64,000 bases of DNA. Origin: Thermodesulfobacteriota bacterium (GTDB lineage Bacteria; Desulfobacterota_D; UBA1144; Nemesobacterales; UBA2774). Below the pieces are notes generated by a model that was given only the letters and a program-made list of their open reading frames with translations, made no database searches and was not told the origin of the DNA. Below, in pieces: positions 47,395-57,519 of this stretch. The stretch's first letter is position 1. Each line of letters begins with the position of its first letter. Location: assembly GCA_963422265.1 (NCBI GenBank), contig OY729416.1, positions 1,536,001 through 1,600,000 of the forward strand. Reading direction: 5' to 3'. Made by a program: the position numbers and the translations under genes.

Positions 47395-49398
47395 ATGATT
47401 GCTTGGATCATATTAACGCCTCTCATTGGCGCAATAGTAAATGGGCTAGTATTCGCGTCCGGGTTTTGGAGAAAGGCGCTCAATGGAGACGATCACAACG
47501 AAAAGAGCGCAGTAAATGTAATTGGTTCAGGCGCGGTGTTAATATCAGCCATACTCACGTCGTTGCTTTTCATAAAGTTGTTATCACTCGACCCCTCTCA
47601 GCGGCAGATTATAGAATCCTTGTTTATTTGGATACCTTCTGGAGCGCTCTCAGTGAGTTTTGAATTCATGTTCGACTCCCTATCGTGCATAATGGCTCTT
47701 GTCATCACGTGGATTGGTTTTTTAATTCACGTTTATTCAATAGGCTACATGCAGCACGATAAAGCATACGCAAAATATTTTACTTATCTCAATATATTCA
47801 TATTCTTTATGCTAATCCTTGTGCTTGGAAACAACTTCCTGCTTATGTTCGTCGGCTGGGAGGGGGTAGGGCTAGCTTCTTATTTGCTCATAGGTTTCTG
47901 GTATGATGACAGTGAGAAGGCTTACGCCGGAAGAAAAGCGTTTATTGTAAATAGGATAGGCGATTTTGGATTCATTTTAGCCATACTGCTCATATTTCTA
48001 GCGTTTGGTTCCGTGAATTACCAAGACGTATTTGGTAAGGCGATGGACCCTTCATTCCTAAGAGATATTTCCGCCGTCGAATTAATGGGCTTGGGGGCAG
48101 GAGCCACCATTACTTTAATTGGGATTTTACTATTTATAGGCGCCGCGGGAAAGTCAGCTCAATTTCCGCTCTACGTATGGCTTCCCGATGCCATGGCGGG
48201 ACCTACTCCCGTAAGTGCACTTATACATGCTGCTACAATGGTTACGGCAGGGGTTTATATGATGGCGCGGTGTAACGTCTTTTATTCTCAATCCCCTACC
48301 GCTCAGATTATTGTCGTATCCATAGCAGCTTTCACCGCCATATTGGCGGCAGCTATCGCAATTACGCAAAACGATATAAAGAAAGTCCTCGCTTATTCAA
48401 CGGTGAGTCAGCTCGGATATATGGTTATGGCTATAGGAGTGGGCGCCTACGCCGCTGGGTTGTATCACCTAGTAACCCATGCGTTTTTCAAGGCGCTTTT
48501 GTTCTTAGGTTCAGGAAGCGTCATACACGCTATGGGAGGCGAGCAAGACATAAGAAAGATGGGTGAACTTAGAAAATCTATTCCCATCACTGCTATAACC
48601 TTCTTGGTAGGCGTTTTAGCAATATCCGGTGCGCCATTCTTATCTGGCTTTTTTAGCAAAGATGAGATTTTAGCCGCGCTTTACGACAGGGGCTATACTT
48701 TGCATTGGGTGATAGCGCTCATCACTGCCGTCCTAACTGCCCTATACATGTTCAGGCTTTATTTGCTCACCTTCGAGGGTAAATCTAGGGTTGTTTATAG
48801 CCTAAAGCCATACGTTAACGAATCCCCTTATTCAATGACCATACCCCTTATGATTTTAGCCGCGCTTTCTATCCTGGGTGGTTACATGGGTGTCCCCGAT
48901 TTCATGTCTAAAGCGGTTGGGCTTCACGACGCTAATATATTTGAGAGATTCGTCTCAAGTTCTATCCTTAGTTATGATTCTAAGGAAACAATCCACCATT
49001 TTTTTGGCCATTGGACTCTAGTAGCATTCTCGGTTTCGGCAGCTATTCTAGGTTCTGCTGCGGCATTCTTCCTTTACTCCTTCAAGCCGGGCAGCGCAAG
49101 TAAAATTGCTGAGAGTAAAGCCGTCAAGCCCCTTTACAAAGCCTCTAGCAATAAATGGTATTTAGATGAACTCTATGATCACATATTTGTAAAGCCGTTC
49201 TTTTTCGTATCCAGTTGGGTCGCTAAACTTGACCTTGATTATATAGACGGGGCGGTAAATAGTATTGCGGTTATGTTAAAAAAGGCCGCTCAAACCTTAA
49301 AAACCGTTCAGAGCGGGGCTTTACGAAGCTACGTTACTCTTATGGCAATAGGAACCTTGGCAATTTTGGCGTTTATCTTCTTGCGGCGAGAATTCTAA
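47395..49398 (+). CDS. nuoL: NADH-quinone oxidoreductase subunit L
   Basis: GWEGVGLASYLLIGF, NRIGD, WLPDAMAGPTPVSALIHAATMV, HAFFKALLF. Confidence 0.96.
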   Translation: MIAWIILTPLIGAIVNGLVFASGFWRKALNGDDHNEKSAVNVIGSGAVLISAILTSLLFIKLLSLDPSQRQIIESLFIWIPSGALSVSFEFMFDSLSCIMALVITWIGFLIHVYSIGYMQHDKAYAKYFTYLNIFIFFMLILVLGNNFLLMFVGWEGVGLASYLLIGFWYDDSEKAYAGRKAFIVNRIGDFGFILAILLIFLAFGSVNYQDVFGKAMDPSFLRDISAVELMGLGAGATITLIGILLFIGAAGKSAQFPLYVWLPDAMAGPTPVSALIHAATMVTAGVYMMARCNVFYSQSPTAQIIVVSIAAFTAILAAAIAITQNDIKKVLAYSTVSQLGYMVMAIGVGAYAAGLYHLVTHAFFKALLFLGSGSVIHAMGGEQDIRKMGELRKSIPITAITFLVGVLAISGAPFLSGFFSKDEILAALYDRGYTLHWVIALITAVLTALYMFRLYLLTFEGKSRVVYSLKPYVNESPYSMTIPLMILAALSILGGYMGVPDFMSKAVGLHDANIFERFVSSSILSYDSKETIHHFFGHWTLVAFSVSAAILGSAAAFFLYSFKPGSASKIAESKAVKPLYKASSNKWYLDELYDHIFVKPFFFVSSWVAKLDLDYIDGAVNSIAVMLKKAAQTLKTVQSGALRSYVTLMAIGTLAILAFIFLRREF

Positions 49399-49406
49399 CT
49401 ATAAAG

Positions 49407-49447
49407 ATTGCGAGCGCGGGCTGCTGTCTCGCAACCCACTCGCAATT
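49407..49447. terminator. hairpin between convergent nuoL and glnA
   Basis: ATTGCGAG...CTCGCAAT arms with partial inner pairing; weak U-tracts. Confidence 0.5.
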
Positions 49448-49463
49448 ATTAACTCAATCGTTC

Positions 49464-50900
49464 TTACACGTCGTAATACAGCGTAAATTCATAAGGGACG
49501 GGTCTTAGTTTGATTGGGTTGACCTCGTTTTCCATTTTATACTCAATCCAGGTTTCAATCACGTCCTCGGTGAAGACGTCGCCTTTAAGAAGGAATTCAT
49601 GGTCATTCTCAAGCGCTTTAAGGGCGTCTTCAAGGGATCCCGGCACGGAAGGAATACCCTCGAGTTCCTCAGGACCCAATGCGTAAATATCTTTGTCTAG
49701 TGGATCACCAGCGTTTAGCTTTCTCTCTATTCCGTCAAGACCAGCCATCAGCATAGCTGAGAAGGCTAAGTAGCCGTTACACGACGGGTCGGGGAATCTA
49801 CACTCTATTCTCTTTGCTTTTGGACTCGGAGAATACATTGGAATTCTAACCGCGGCGCTGCGGTTTCTTGCTGAGTAAGCAAGATTAACGGGTGCTTCAA
49901 ACCCGGGCACAAGCCTTCTATAAGAATTGGTGGTAGGATTAGAGAAAGCACATATAGTAGGGGCGTGTTTTAGAATCCCCCCGATATAGCTCATAGCCAA
50001 CTCGCTCAACCCCGCATAGCTATTGCCGGCAAAGAGTGGTTTGTTTCTCTTCCAGATGGATTGGTGCACGTGCATACCAGAGCCGTTGTCTTCAAAAATG
50101 GGCTTAGGCATGAACGTAACGGTTTTACCATATTTTCTCGCAACATTCCTACACACGTATTTATACCACATCATTTGGTCGCCCATCGTGACCAACGGAG
50201 CGAACCTCATGTCAATCTCAGCCTGCCCCGCAGTTGCCACCTCGTGATGGTGAGCTTCTACTGCTATACCTAAGGACTGTAGGGTAAGAACCATCTCGGA
50301 TCTTAACTCCTGACAGGTGTCAGTTGGAGGAACCGGAAAATATCCCTCTTTATGCCTTGGTTTGTATCCCAAGTTAGGGTCTTCTTCGGCTCCTGAGTTC
50401 CATATTCCCTCTACAGAATCTACAAAGTAATATCCCGAGTTAGGAGTCTGGTCATATTTGACGTCGTCTAGTATAAAGAACTCTAACTCTGGCCCAAAAT
50501 AAACAGTATCTCCTACCCCGAGGCTCCTCATGTAAGTCTCTGCTTTTGTCGCTATGTTTCTGGGGTCTCTTGAGTATGGCTCGCGCGTTATAGGATCAAC
50601 TATATCGCATATTATAGCGAGGGTGGGAATATTCATAAAAGGATCCACTCTAGCGGTCGTCGCGTCTGGAACGACGAGCATATCGCTTGCGTGAATTGAC
50701 TGCCACCCTCTTATGCTAGACCCATCAAAACCCATCCCATCATCAAAACAGCTTTTATCAAACTCCGCTGCAGGGATGCTAAAGTGCTGCCACATACCTA
50801 TAAAATCTAAAAACCTAAAATCCACTATCTTGATGTTCTCATCCTTGACAAGCTTTAGAACATCTAATGGCTTTTTTGGAAACGTTTCAGCTTTACCCAT
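49464..50900 (-). CDS. glnA: glutamine synthetase type I
   Basis: [48 protein letters not shown] before ATG 50900. Confidence 0.97.
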   Translation of the reverse strand: MGKAETFPKKPLDVLKLVKDENIKIVDFRFLDFIGMWQHFSIPAAEFDKSCFDDGMGFDGSSIRGWQSIHASDMLVVPDATTARVDPFMNIPTLAIICDIVDPITREPYSRDPRNIATKAETYMRSLGVGDTVYFGPELEFFILDDVKYDQTPNSGYYFVDSVEGIWNSGAEEDPNLGYKPRHKEGYFPVPPTDTCQELRSEMVLTLQSLGIAVEAHHHEVATAGQAEIDMRFAPLVTMGDQMMWYKYVCRNVARKYGKTVTFMPKPIFEDNGSGMHVHQSIWKRNKPLFAGNSYAGLSELAMSYIGGILKHAPTICAFSNPTTNSYRRLVPGFEAPVNLAYSARNRSAAVRIPMYSPSPKAKRIECRFPDPSCNGYLAFSAMLMAGLDGIERKLNAGDPLDKDIYALGPEELEGIPSVPGSLEDALKALENDHEFLLKGDVFTEDVIETWIEYKMENEVNPIKLRPVPYEFTLYYDV

Positions 50901-51031
50901 TTTTACCTCCTCTATTATTTCTGTCTCTATATTTCTGTTCAAGTATTTTTTATTCGCGTAACTTTCTAACCTGTGGGCATCTTTAGAGAGACCTCGTTAC
51001 AGTTATAATTTTACGTCTTCCGGAGACTGTC

Positions 51032-51415
<384 letters not shown>

Positions 51416-51635
51416 TTAGAAAACCACATTTCAATCAATAATAATAGTAATTCTTGATAAGTTAACTACTTTATATGCCTTTTTTTTAAGCACAGAATTG
51501 TAAAAATTGAACATAAAGCTGATGAAACTGCCCGATTGATCATACTCGGGTTTATCTATTGCGATATAATGGTTGAGGATGTATATCGGATTACTTATTG
51601 ACAACGCCAGATTCAATAATTAAACATTATGTACA

Positions 51636-52754
51636 ATGAGAAGAACTTCACTATTTCCTATACATAAAGAGCTAGATGCTAAGATCGTAGAGTTCGCAGG
51701 CTGGGAGATGCCCGTTCAGTATGAAGGAGTCCGAGCCGAGCACTGCGTGGTTAGACGGCAAGCAGGTTTATTCGACATTAGTCACATGGGAGAGATAGAG
51801 GTTACAGGTAAAGAAGCGGCGAGGTTTTGTCAACTAGTTACGACTAACGACCTAGGCAGACTAGATAATTTTCAAGCTCAATACACGCTTTTCTGTAACT
51901 TTAGAGGTGGAGTAGTTGACGACGTAATTCTGTATAGATTTTCAGATGAGAGGCTGCTTTTTTGTGTAAACGCTTCTAATAGGACACAGGTTCTCGAATG
52001 GCTTAAGGGTCTAAGCCATATGTGCGACGTGGAAATCACGGATAGAAGCCATGAATTTGCTCAAGTTGCCATTCAGGGACCTGCATCTGAGCCTATACTC
52101 TCAAAAACCGTTGGTGAAGATTTAGGCGTTCTGCAGAGTTTTAGTTTTCGTTCCCTGAACTGGAGTGGAAAGGATTTGACTATATCCAGAACCGGCTACA
52201 CGGGAGAGGATGGGTTTGAGATATTTTTGCCATGGCAAGATGGTCAAAACCTTTGGACCGAACTAACCACTGTTGGTAAGCAATATGGACTAAAACCTTG
52301 TGGACTCGGTGCACGAGATACGCTTAGGATAGAGATGGGTTACTCGCTTTATGGGCATGAGATTAACGAACGTGTTAGTCCATTCGATGCGGGGCTTGGT
52401 AAATACGTAAAGATGTATAAAGAGGACTTTATCGGCAAGGAAGCCCTTCAGGACGCTTTGAGCAAAGGGAGTAAAAACAAGGTGGTGGGTTTTGAAATGA
52501 TTGCACGAGGGATTCCAAGGCAAGGATACGATATACTTAAAAACGGCGTTTCCTTGGGCAAGGTTACAAGCGGCACTTTGTCACCGACTCTTGATAAATC
52601 TATAGGTATTGGATACTTAAATAAGGAAGTTGAACACGGGGGTAGAATTGAAATATGGATCCGCGGTACCGCGAGAGAAGCCCTCGTAGTTGATCTGCCT
52701 TTTTATAAGCGTCAGGGTAGGGCTAGCATAAAGACACAATCAATAAAAAACTGA
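51636..52754 (+). CDS. gcvT: glycine cleavage system T protein
   Basis: FAGWEMPVQY, FDISHMG, SRTGYTGEDGFE, GLGARDTLR. Confidence 0.96.
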   Translation: MRRTSLFPIHKELDAKIVEFAGWEMPVQYEGVRAEHCVVRRQAGLFDISHMGEIEVTGKEAARFCQLVTTNDLGRLDNFQAQYTLFCNFRGGVVDDVILYRFSDERLLFCVNASNRTQVLEWLKGLSHMCDVEITDRSHEFAQVAIQGPASEPILSKTVGEDLGVLQSFSFRSLNWSGKDLTISRTGYTGEDGFEIFLPWQDGQNLWTELTTVGKQYGLKPCGLGARDTLRIEMGYSLYGHEINERVSPFDAGLGKYVKMYKEDFIGKEALQDALSKGSKNKVVGFEMIARGIPRQGYDILKNGVSLGKVTSGTLSPTLDKSIGIGYLNKEVEHGGRIEIWIRGTAREALVVDLPFYKRQGRASIKTQSIKN

Positions 52755-52789
52755 AACAATATTGAGTTCTAAATGAAGGAGAATAAGCA

Positions 52790-53182
52790 ATGACGCAGAT
52801 ACCTGATGAGCCTAGATATACAGATGAGCATGAATGGGCTTTAGAGGGAAAGGGTCTATTGGTAATAGGTATTACTGATCATGCTCAGGAGGCCCTGGGT
52901 GAAATAGTTTATGTAGAGTTGCCAAGTGAGGGAGACGAAATTGCAAAGGGAGATTCTTTCGGCGCGGTGGAGTCAACCAAGGCGGTGTCGGATCTTTATG
53001 CTCCGGTAAAAGGTGAAATAATTGAGGTGAATGAAGCGCTTTTTAATTCCCCCGAGATTATTAACGAGGATCCTTATGGTGAGGGGTGGTTGATAAAGGT
53101 AAGACCTCATGATCCGACCGAGCTCGATGATCTAATGGACCATGAGGATTACGCTGAATTTCTTGAAAAAGATATAGGCTAA
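52790..53182 (+). CDS. gcvH: glycine cleavage system H protein
   Basis: GITDHAQEALG, VESTKAVSD lipoyl-Lys, DPYGEGW. Confidence 0.96.
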   Translation: MTQIPDEPRYTDEHEWALEGKGLLVIGITDHAQEALGEIVYVELPSEGDEIAKGDSFGAVESTKAVSDLYAPVKGEIIEVNEALFNSPEIINEDPYGEGWLIKVRPHDPTELDDLMDHEDYAEFLEKDIG

Positions 53183-53198
53183 CAATTGCTATTTACCA

Positions 53199-53864
53199 TC
53201 ACAAGCGACCTCGCACGCTGCTAAGCAGAGCCTTTACGTTATTCGAGACGCTTCCATGCTTGTTATAAACGCTTGAGCCAGCAACAAGAATGGTGGCTCC
53301 TGCATCAACTACATCAGGCGCCGTTTTTACGTCTATGCCACCGTCAAGTCCGATTGGCACGTCAAGTCCTTGCTCTTCAAGCATGGACTTTAGGTCGCGT
53401 ATCTTGACCAACTGACTTTTTATAAACCTTTGTCCAGCAAATCCAGGGTTCACGCCCATAACCTGAACGAAGTCAGATAATTCAAGCACGCGTTCTATAG
53501 CACAGGCCGGCGTAGCAGGATTAAGCGTAACTCCCGACTCTACGCCTAATTCTTTTATTGATTGAAGCGTTCGGTGTAAACCGATGCAAGCTTCCTGATG
53601 CACTATTATTCTATCAGCACCTGCTTTCGCAAAGACCTCTATATGCCTTTCAGGTTCCATAATCATAAGGTGAACGTCTAGCTTTAGGTCCGTGATCCGT
53701 CTAATAGATGCGACTAACCCGGGCCCAAAATTTATGTTAGGCACAAAACGCCCATCCATAACGTCTATCTGAATAGAGGACAACCCTGCAGATTCAACTT
53801 CTTTCACCGCCTCACCTAGTCTGGTAAAGTCGGCGGACAATATAGAAGGCTCTACAATGACCAT
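53199..53864 (-). CDS. rpe: ribulose-phosphate 3-epimerase
   Basis: PSILSADF, DVMDGRFVPN, DVHLM, VNPGFAGQ, DGGI. Confidence 0.96.
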   Translation of the reverse strand: MVIVEPSILSADFTRLGEAVKEVESAGLSSIQIDVMDGRFVPNINFGPGLVASIRRITDLKLDVHLMIMEPERHIEVFAKAGADRIIVHQEACIGLHRTLQSIKELGVESGVTLNPATPACAIERVLELSDFVQVMGVNPGFAGQRFIKSQLVKIRDLKSMLEEQGLDVPIGLDGGIDVKTAPDVVDAGATILVAGSSVYNKHGSVSNNVKALLSSVRGRL

Positions 53865-53867
53865 CTC

Positions 53868-54593
53868 TTACGAGTCCATCCTTTTTTTATATCTTATTCC
53901 CTTTGACGTTGCTATTACGACCTCATCCGTAGTATCCAAGAATAATCCAAACTCCACTATACCAGCTTTTTGTCCTAGCTTAGCAGCCAACTCGTTGATA
54001 TCAGATATTGGTCCGAAATCACTGTCCAGAATATAATTGCTCTGATTTGTAGTATAAGGCTCACCGTTATTCTTAAGACGCAGCACTGGCTTAGAACCTA
54101 GCAGCCTAAGAAAATTAGAGACGGGCTCCCATGCGAATGGGATTACCTCCATTGGCACAGGGCAACGGGTGCCTAGCCTTGGAGATAATTTAGTCTCATC
54201 AACTATGATTATGTTCCGCTTGCTTGACTGAGCTAGCACCTTTTCTCTAAGTAGCGCTCCACCTCCCCCCTTTATTAAGTTGAGCTTAGGGTCAACCTCG
54301 TCCGCGCCGTCTATTGTTAGATCAATTCCTTGTTTCTGGTTAAAAGCAATTATTGGTATGCCTAGATTCCTAGACTGCTTCTCAGTATCAACTGAGCTAC
54401 AAATGCCTACTATATCCTTTAATCTTCCCTCCCTTAGCCGCCGCCCGATTTCTTCTAGTGCATAACGGGCAGTGCTTCCCGTCCCAAGACCCAACACCAT
54501 TCCCGGCTCAACAAAATCGACAACGCTTGCTCCAGCTTCTTTTTTAAGCGTGTCCTGGAGCTTATTCCTTCCATTGTTAGATGAAACTATCAA
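53868..54593 (-). CDS. rpiA: ribose-5-phosphate isomerase A
   Basis: GLGTGST, DGADEVD, KGGGGALLREK. Confidence 0.96.
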   Translation of the reverse strand: MIVSSNNGRNKLQDTLKKEAGASVVDFVEPGMVLGLGTGSTARYALEEIGRRLREGRLKDIVGICSSVDTEKQSRNLGIPIIAFNQKQGIDLTIDGADEVDPKLNLIKGGGGALLREKVLAQSSKRNIIIVDETKLSPRLGTRCPVPMEVIPFAWEPVSNFLRLLGSKPVLRLKNNGEPYTTNQSNYILDSDFGPISDINELAAKLGQKAGIVEFGLFLDTTDEVVIATSKGIRYKKRMDS

Positions 54594-54683
54594 ACAGTCC
54601 CCTCCTCATCAGTAAAGGATTTACCCCTTAAAACTTCTTTAATCCAAGAGCTTCGTCCGGATTGCACCATTCTTTCCTTAAGC

Positions 54684-57518
54684 TTATAAATTGTCCGTTA
54701 GTCTGTCTATCTCTTTCACAAAGTCATTTCCAAGATGGAGAGCGATAATATTTCTATTATTATTCAGTAAAGCCTGCCAATCACCCAAAGCCTGGGCAGT
54801 TTTCAACGTGCCGAAGCTGATTGACGAACCTTCCTTTCCAGCTTGGTCGGGTATAGGAAGATCTTCGGGCGTTTCCGATGAAAATTGGATAAAAAATCCA
54901 TTTCCCGCATCGCCCTTATGTAGCTGTCCGGTAGAATGAAGAAACGCGGGACCAAATCCCAAAGTAGTTGCCAGTCCGTAACTCGATCTGATCTTCGTTC
55001 GAAATTTCCGCATGGCATCAGAAATCTCCTGAGAAGGTTTTACAAAGGCTTGAAGAGCCACGTAGCTTCTGCCCTCAGACCCATTTCCACCATGTTCTGC
55101 TTGAGAAAGAAACTTTCGTAAGGCTTCCTCAATGCTACCGACCTTGAAGCTCGCGTAAACTTTAATACCGTCTTTTTGTAAGGTAGGTTTTATCTCCGGA
55201 AGCCTTCCACTTTTTCTGTACTCAGCGATCATACCTCTGGTAAGAACTTTAGTATCCTCCACGTTAGGCTGATTAAATGGATGAACGCCAATAATCATTC
55301 CCGCTATAGTGACTGCCATCTCCCATCTGAAGAATTCACCGCCAAGGTCATAGACGTCTTTCAGATTAATGCGCATGACAGGATGACCTGCGTCTTCGAT
55401 AGCATTAACTTTATCATCGTAAGTCTCATCAAGCCCAAGGCGTAGGTAAATGAAAAGCCTGTCTTCATTATAACTCTCAGGGGGACCTATACTCTCTTTA
55501 TTTATAGGGAGGATTCCTTTACCACTCTTTCCTGTGCTTTCCGCTATTAGCTGCTCAGCCCACGCGTTAAAACTTTCTATTGGCGGTGAGGTTATAAGAG
55601 TTACTTTGTCACGTCCGGATTTAGCGAGCTCGCCTAGTATAGCTCCGAACCATGCGCCCGAACAGTCACCCTGAGCTTCACGGCCATGCCCTCTCCGATA
55701 TCTTCCATTGTCATGCATCATCCTATTAGCCCGCTTCAATAGAAGTGGAACGTTCACCCCTTGCAATGCCGCAGGAACAATTCCTACAAACGAGAGGGCA
55801 GAATATCTCCCACCAATATTAGGATCGTTCAGGAAGGTCTTTCTAAATTTGAGTGACTTGGCAAGCCTTTCGAGCCCGCTGCCGGGGTCCGTGATAGCAA
55901 TAAAGTGTGCTCCCGCCTCTTCCCCAACCCCTTCTAGTGCCTCGTTATAAAAATATTTCATGCAGGAAAGCGTTTCGGTTGTGGACCCTGATTTAGTCGA
56001 GATAATAAACAGGGTTTTGGTTAAGTCGAGCCGTCTCCTATGCTCAAGCACCGCATCCGGATCTATGCTGTCAAGAACAGCCACGTCTAGGTACCCATCT
56101 TTAACCCCATAGACGTCGCTTATAACTCTAGGCGCCAAGCTTGATCCTCCCATACCTAGCAAAAGGACATCGGTATAGCCATCTTTAATAACCTGATCAA
56201 CCACAGCGTTAATGTCTGTAAGAGCTTTTTGCATTACTTCAGTAATACGTAGCCAGCCCAACCTGTTGGTTATCTCGGCTGGCTCCTCTCCCCAAACAAG
56301 GTAGTCAAGATTCCAAATTCTCTGAATAACGTTGTTGTCTCGTATTTTTCCCAAAGCATTGTCAATCAACGGTTGAAACTTTCCGAGATTCGCGGAGTAA
56401 GTCTCTTTATCAACAAGTGCGCTCTCTCTTTTCTCTTGGATGGCTAACATAAGTGCTCTGAAAGAATCAGAGAATTTCTTAACGCCATCTTCAAGCAAGT
56501 AATCAGTTATAGATTCTAAATCAATCCCCAACTCCGCAAGCTCCGACAGATGCCCTTTCGCCTGCTCTATCCCCTTTGTAAGGGTGATTTCTGGCTTGCC
56601 GTGATCCCGAAAGTTTTTATAGGTGGACGGAGGAACGGTGTTGACCGTATTGGGTCCTATAAGTTCATCCACGTAGAGCGTATCGGGATAAGTGGGGTTC
56701 TTTGTGCTGGTGCTCGCCCATAGAAGCCTTTGCGGTCTCGCCCCTAAATCGGCTAGGCACTCCCATCTGGGACCGTCAAAAATCTTTCTATATTCGTCAT
56801 AGGCTAGCTTAGCGTTGGCTACGGCGATTTTACCTTGCAGCCCATGGTTACCTATCTTTTGCAGCTCGGCATCCACGGCGCTGTCTATTCTACTTACGAA
56901 GAATGATGCGACTGAAGCAATCTGATTTACTTTACCCCCCTTAACAACTGAGGGTCCCTCCGCAGCAAGTCTTTCAACTCCTTTCATATAAGCTACTGCT
57001 ACGTCTTTATACTGCTTGACGCTAAACATCAAAGTAGCGTTAACGTTTATTCCTGAGGCTATTAGCTCCGTGATAGCAGGTATGCCAGCGCGTGTTGCGG
57101 GTACTTTAATCATCACGTTAGGACGAGCCAGCGCAGTGAAGTATCTCTTTGCCTCTTTAATGGTGCCTTCAGTATCATTAGCCAGCGTCGGACTTACCTC
57201 AAGGCTGATAAATCCATCGGATCCATTCGTTTCTCTATACAGCGGTCCAAACTCGTCGGCGGCTAAAGCAATATCTTTAAGCACAAGGGCTTCATATATT
57301 TCCTCAACGGACTTATTACTTCTGATAAGAGTTTTAACCTCTTCGTCATAGTCCGAGATATCCGCAATGGCTCTTTCAAGGATAGAGGGATTAGAAGTCT
57401 CTCCCCTTAGCCCTTCGTCAATCAGCGCTTTTAGCTCCCCATTAATAATAAAAGAACGTCCTATGTAGTCATACCAGATTGATTGCCCCAGTTTGGTTAG
57501 CTCACTGATTTTAGACAT
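54684..57518 (-). CDS. bifunctional transaldolase/phosphoglucose isomerase
   Basis: TSNPSI, MIKVPAT, SFFVSRID, LWASTS; then GMGGSSL, SKSGST-like, GGRYSALS, EQLIAESTGK. Confidence 0.93.
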   Translation of the reverse strand: MSKISELTKLGQSIWYDYIGRSFIINGELKALIDEGLRGETSNPSILERAIADISDYDEEVKTLIRSNKSVEEIYEALVLKDIALAADEFGPLYRETNGSDGFISLEVSPTLANDTEGTIKEAKRYFTALARPNVMIKVPATRAGIPAITELIASGINVNATLMFSVKQYKDVAVAYMKGVERLAAEGPSVVKGGKVNQIASVASFFVSRIDSAVDAELQKIGNHGLQGKIAVANAKLAYDEYRKIFDGPRWECLADLGARPQRLLWASTSTKNPTYPDTLYVDELIGPNTVNTVPPSTYKNFRDHGKPEITLTKGIEQAKGHLSELAELGIDLESITDYLLEDGVKKFSDSFRALMLAIQEKRESALVDKETYSANLGKFQPLIDNALGKIRDNNVIQRIWNLDYLVWGEEPAEITNRLGWLRITEVMQKALTDINAVVDQVIKDGYTDVLLLGMGGSSLAPRVISDVYGVKDGYLDVAVLDSIDPDAVLEHRRRLDLTKTLFIISTKSGSTTETLSCMKYFYNEALEGVGEEAGAHFIAITDPGSGLERLAKSLKFRKTFLNDPNIGGRYSALSFVGIVPAALQGVNVPLLLKRANRMMHDNGRYRRGHGREAQGDCSGAWFGAILGELAKSGRDKVTLITSPPIESFNAWAEQLIAESTGKSGKGILPINKESIGPPESYNEDRLFIYLRLGLDETYDDKVNAIEDAGHPVMRINLKDVYDLGGEFFRWEMAVTIAGMIIGVHPFNQPNVEDTKVLTRGMIAEYRKSGRLPEIKPTLQKDGIKVYASFKVGSIEEALRKFLSQAEHGGNGSEGRSYVALQAFVKPSQEISDAMRKFRTKIRSSYGLATTLGFGPAFLHSTGQLHKGDAGNGFFIQFSSETPEDLPIPDQAGKEGSSISFGTLKTAQALGDWQALLNNNRNIIALHLGNDFVKEIDRLTDNL

Positions 57519-57519
57519 T

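Noticed and set aside
54684-57518. Transaldolase-PGI fusion as a novelty
   Set aside because: A known bifunctional family in its usual pentose-phosphate cluster.
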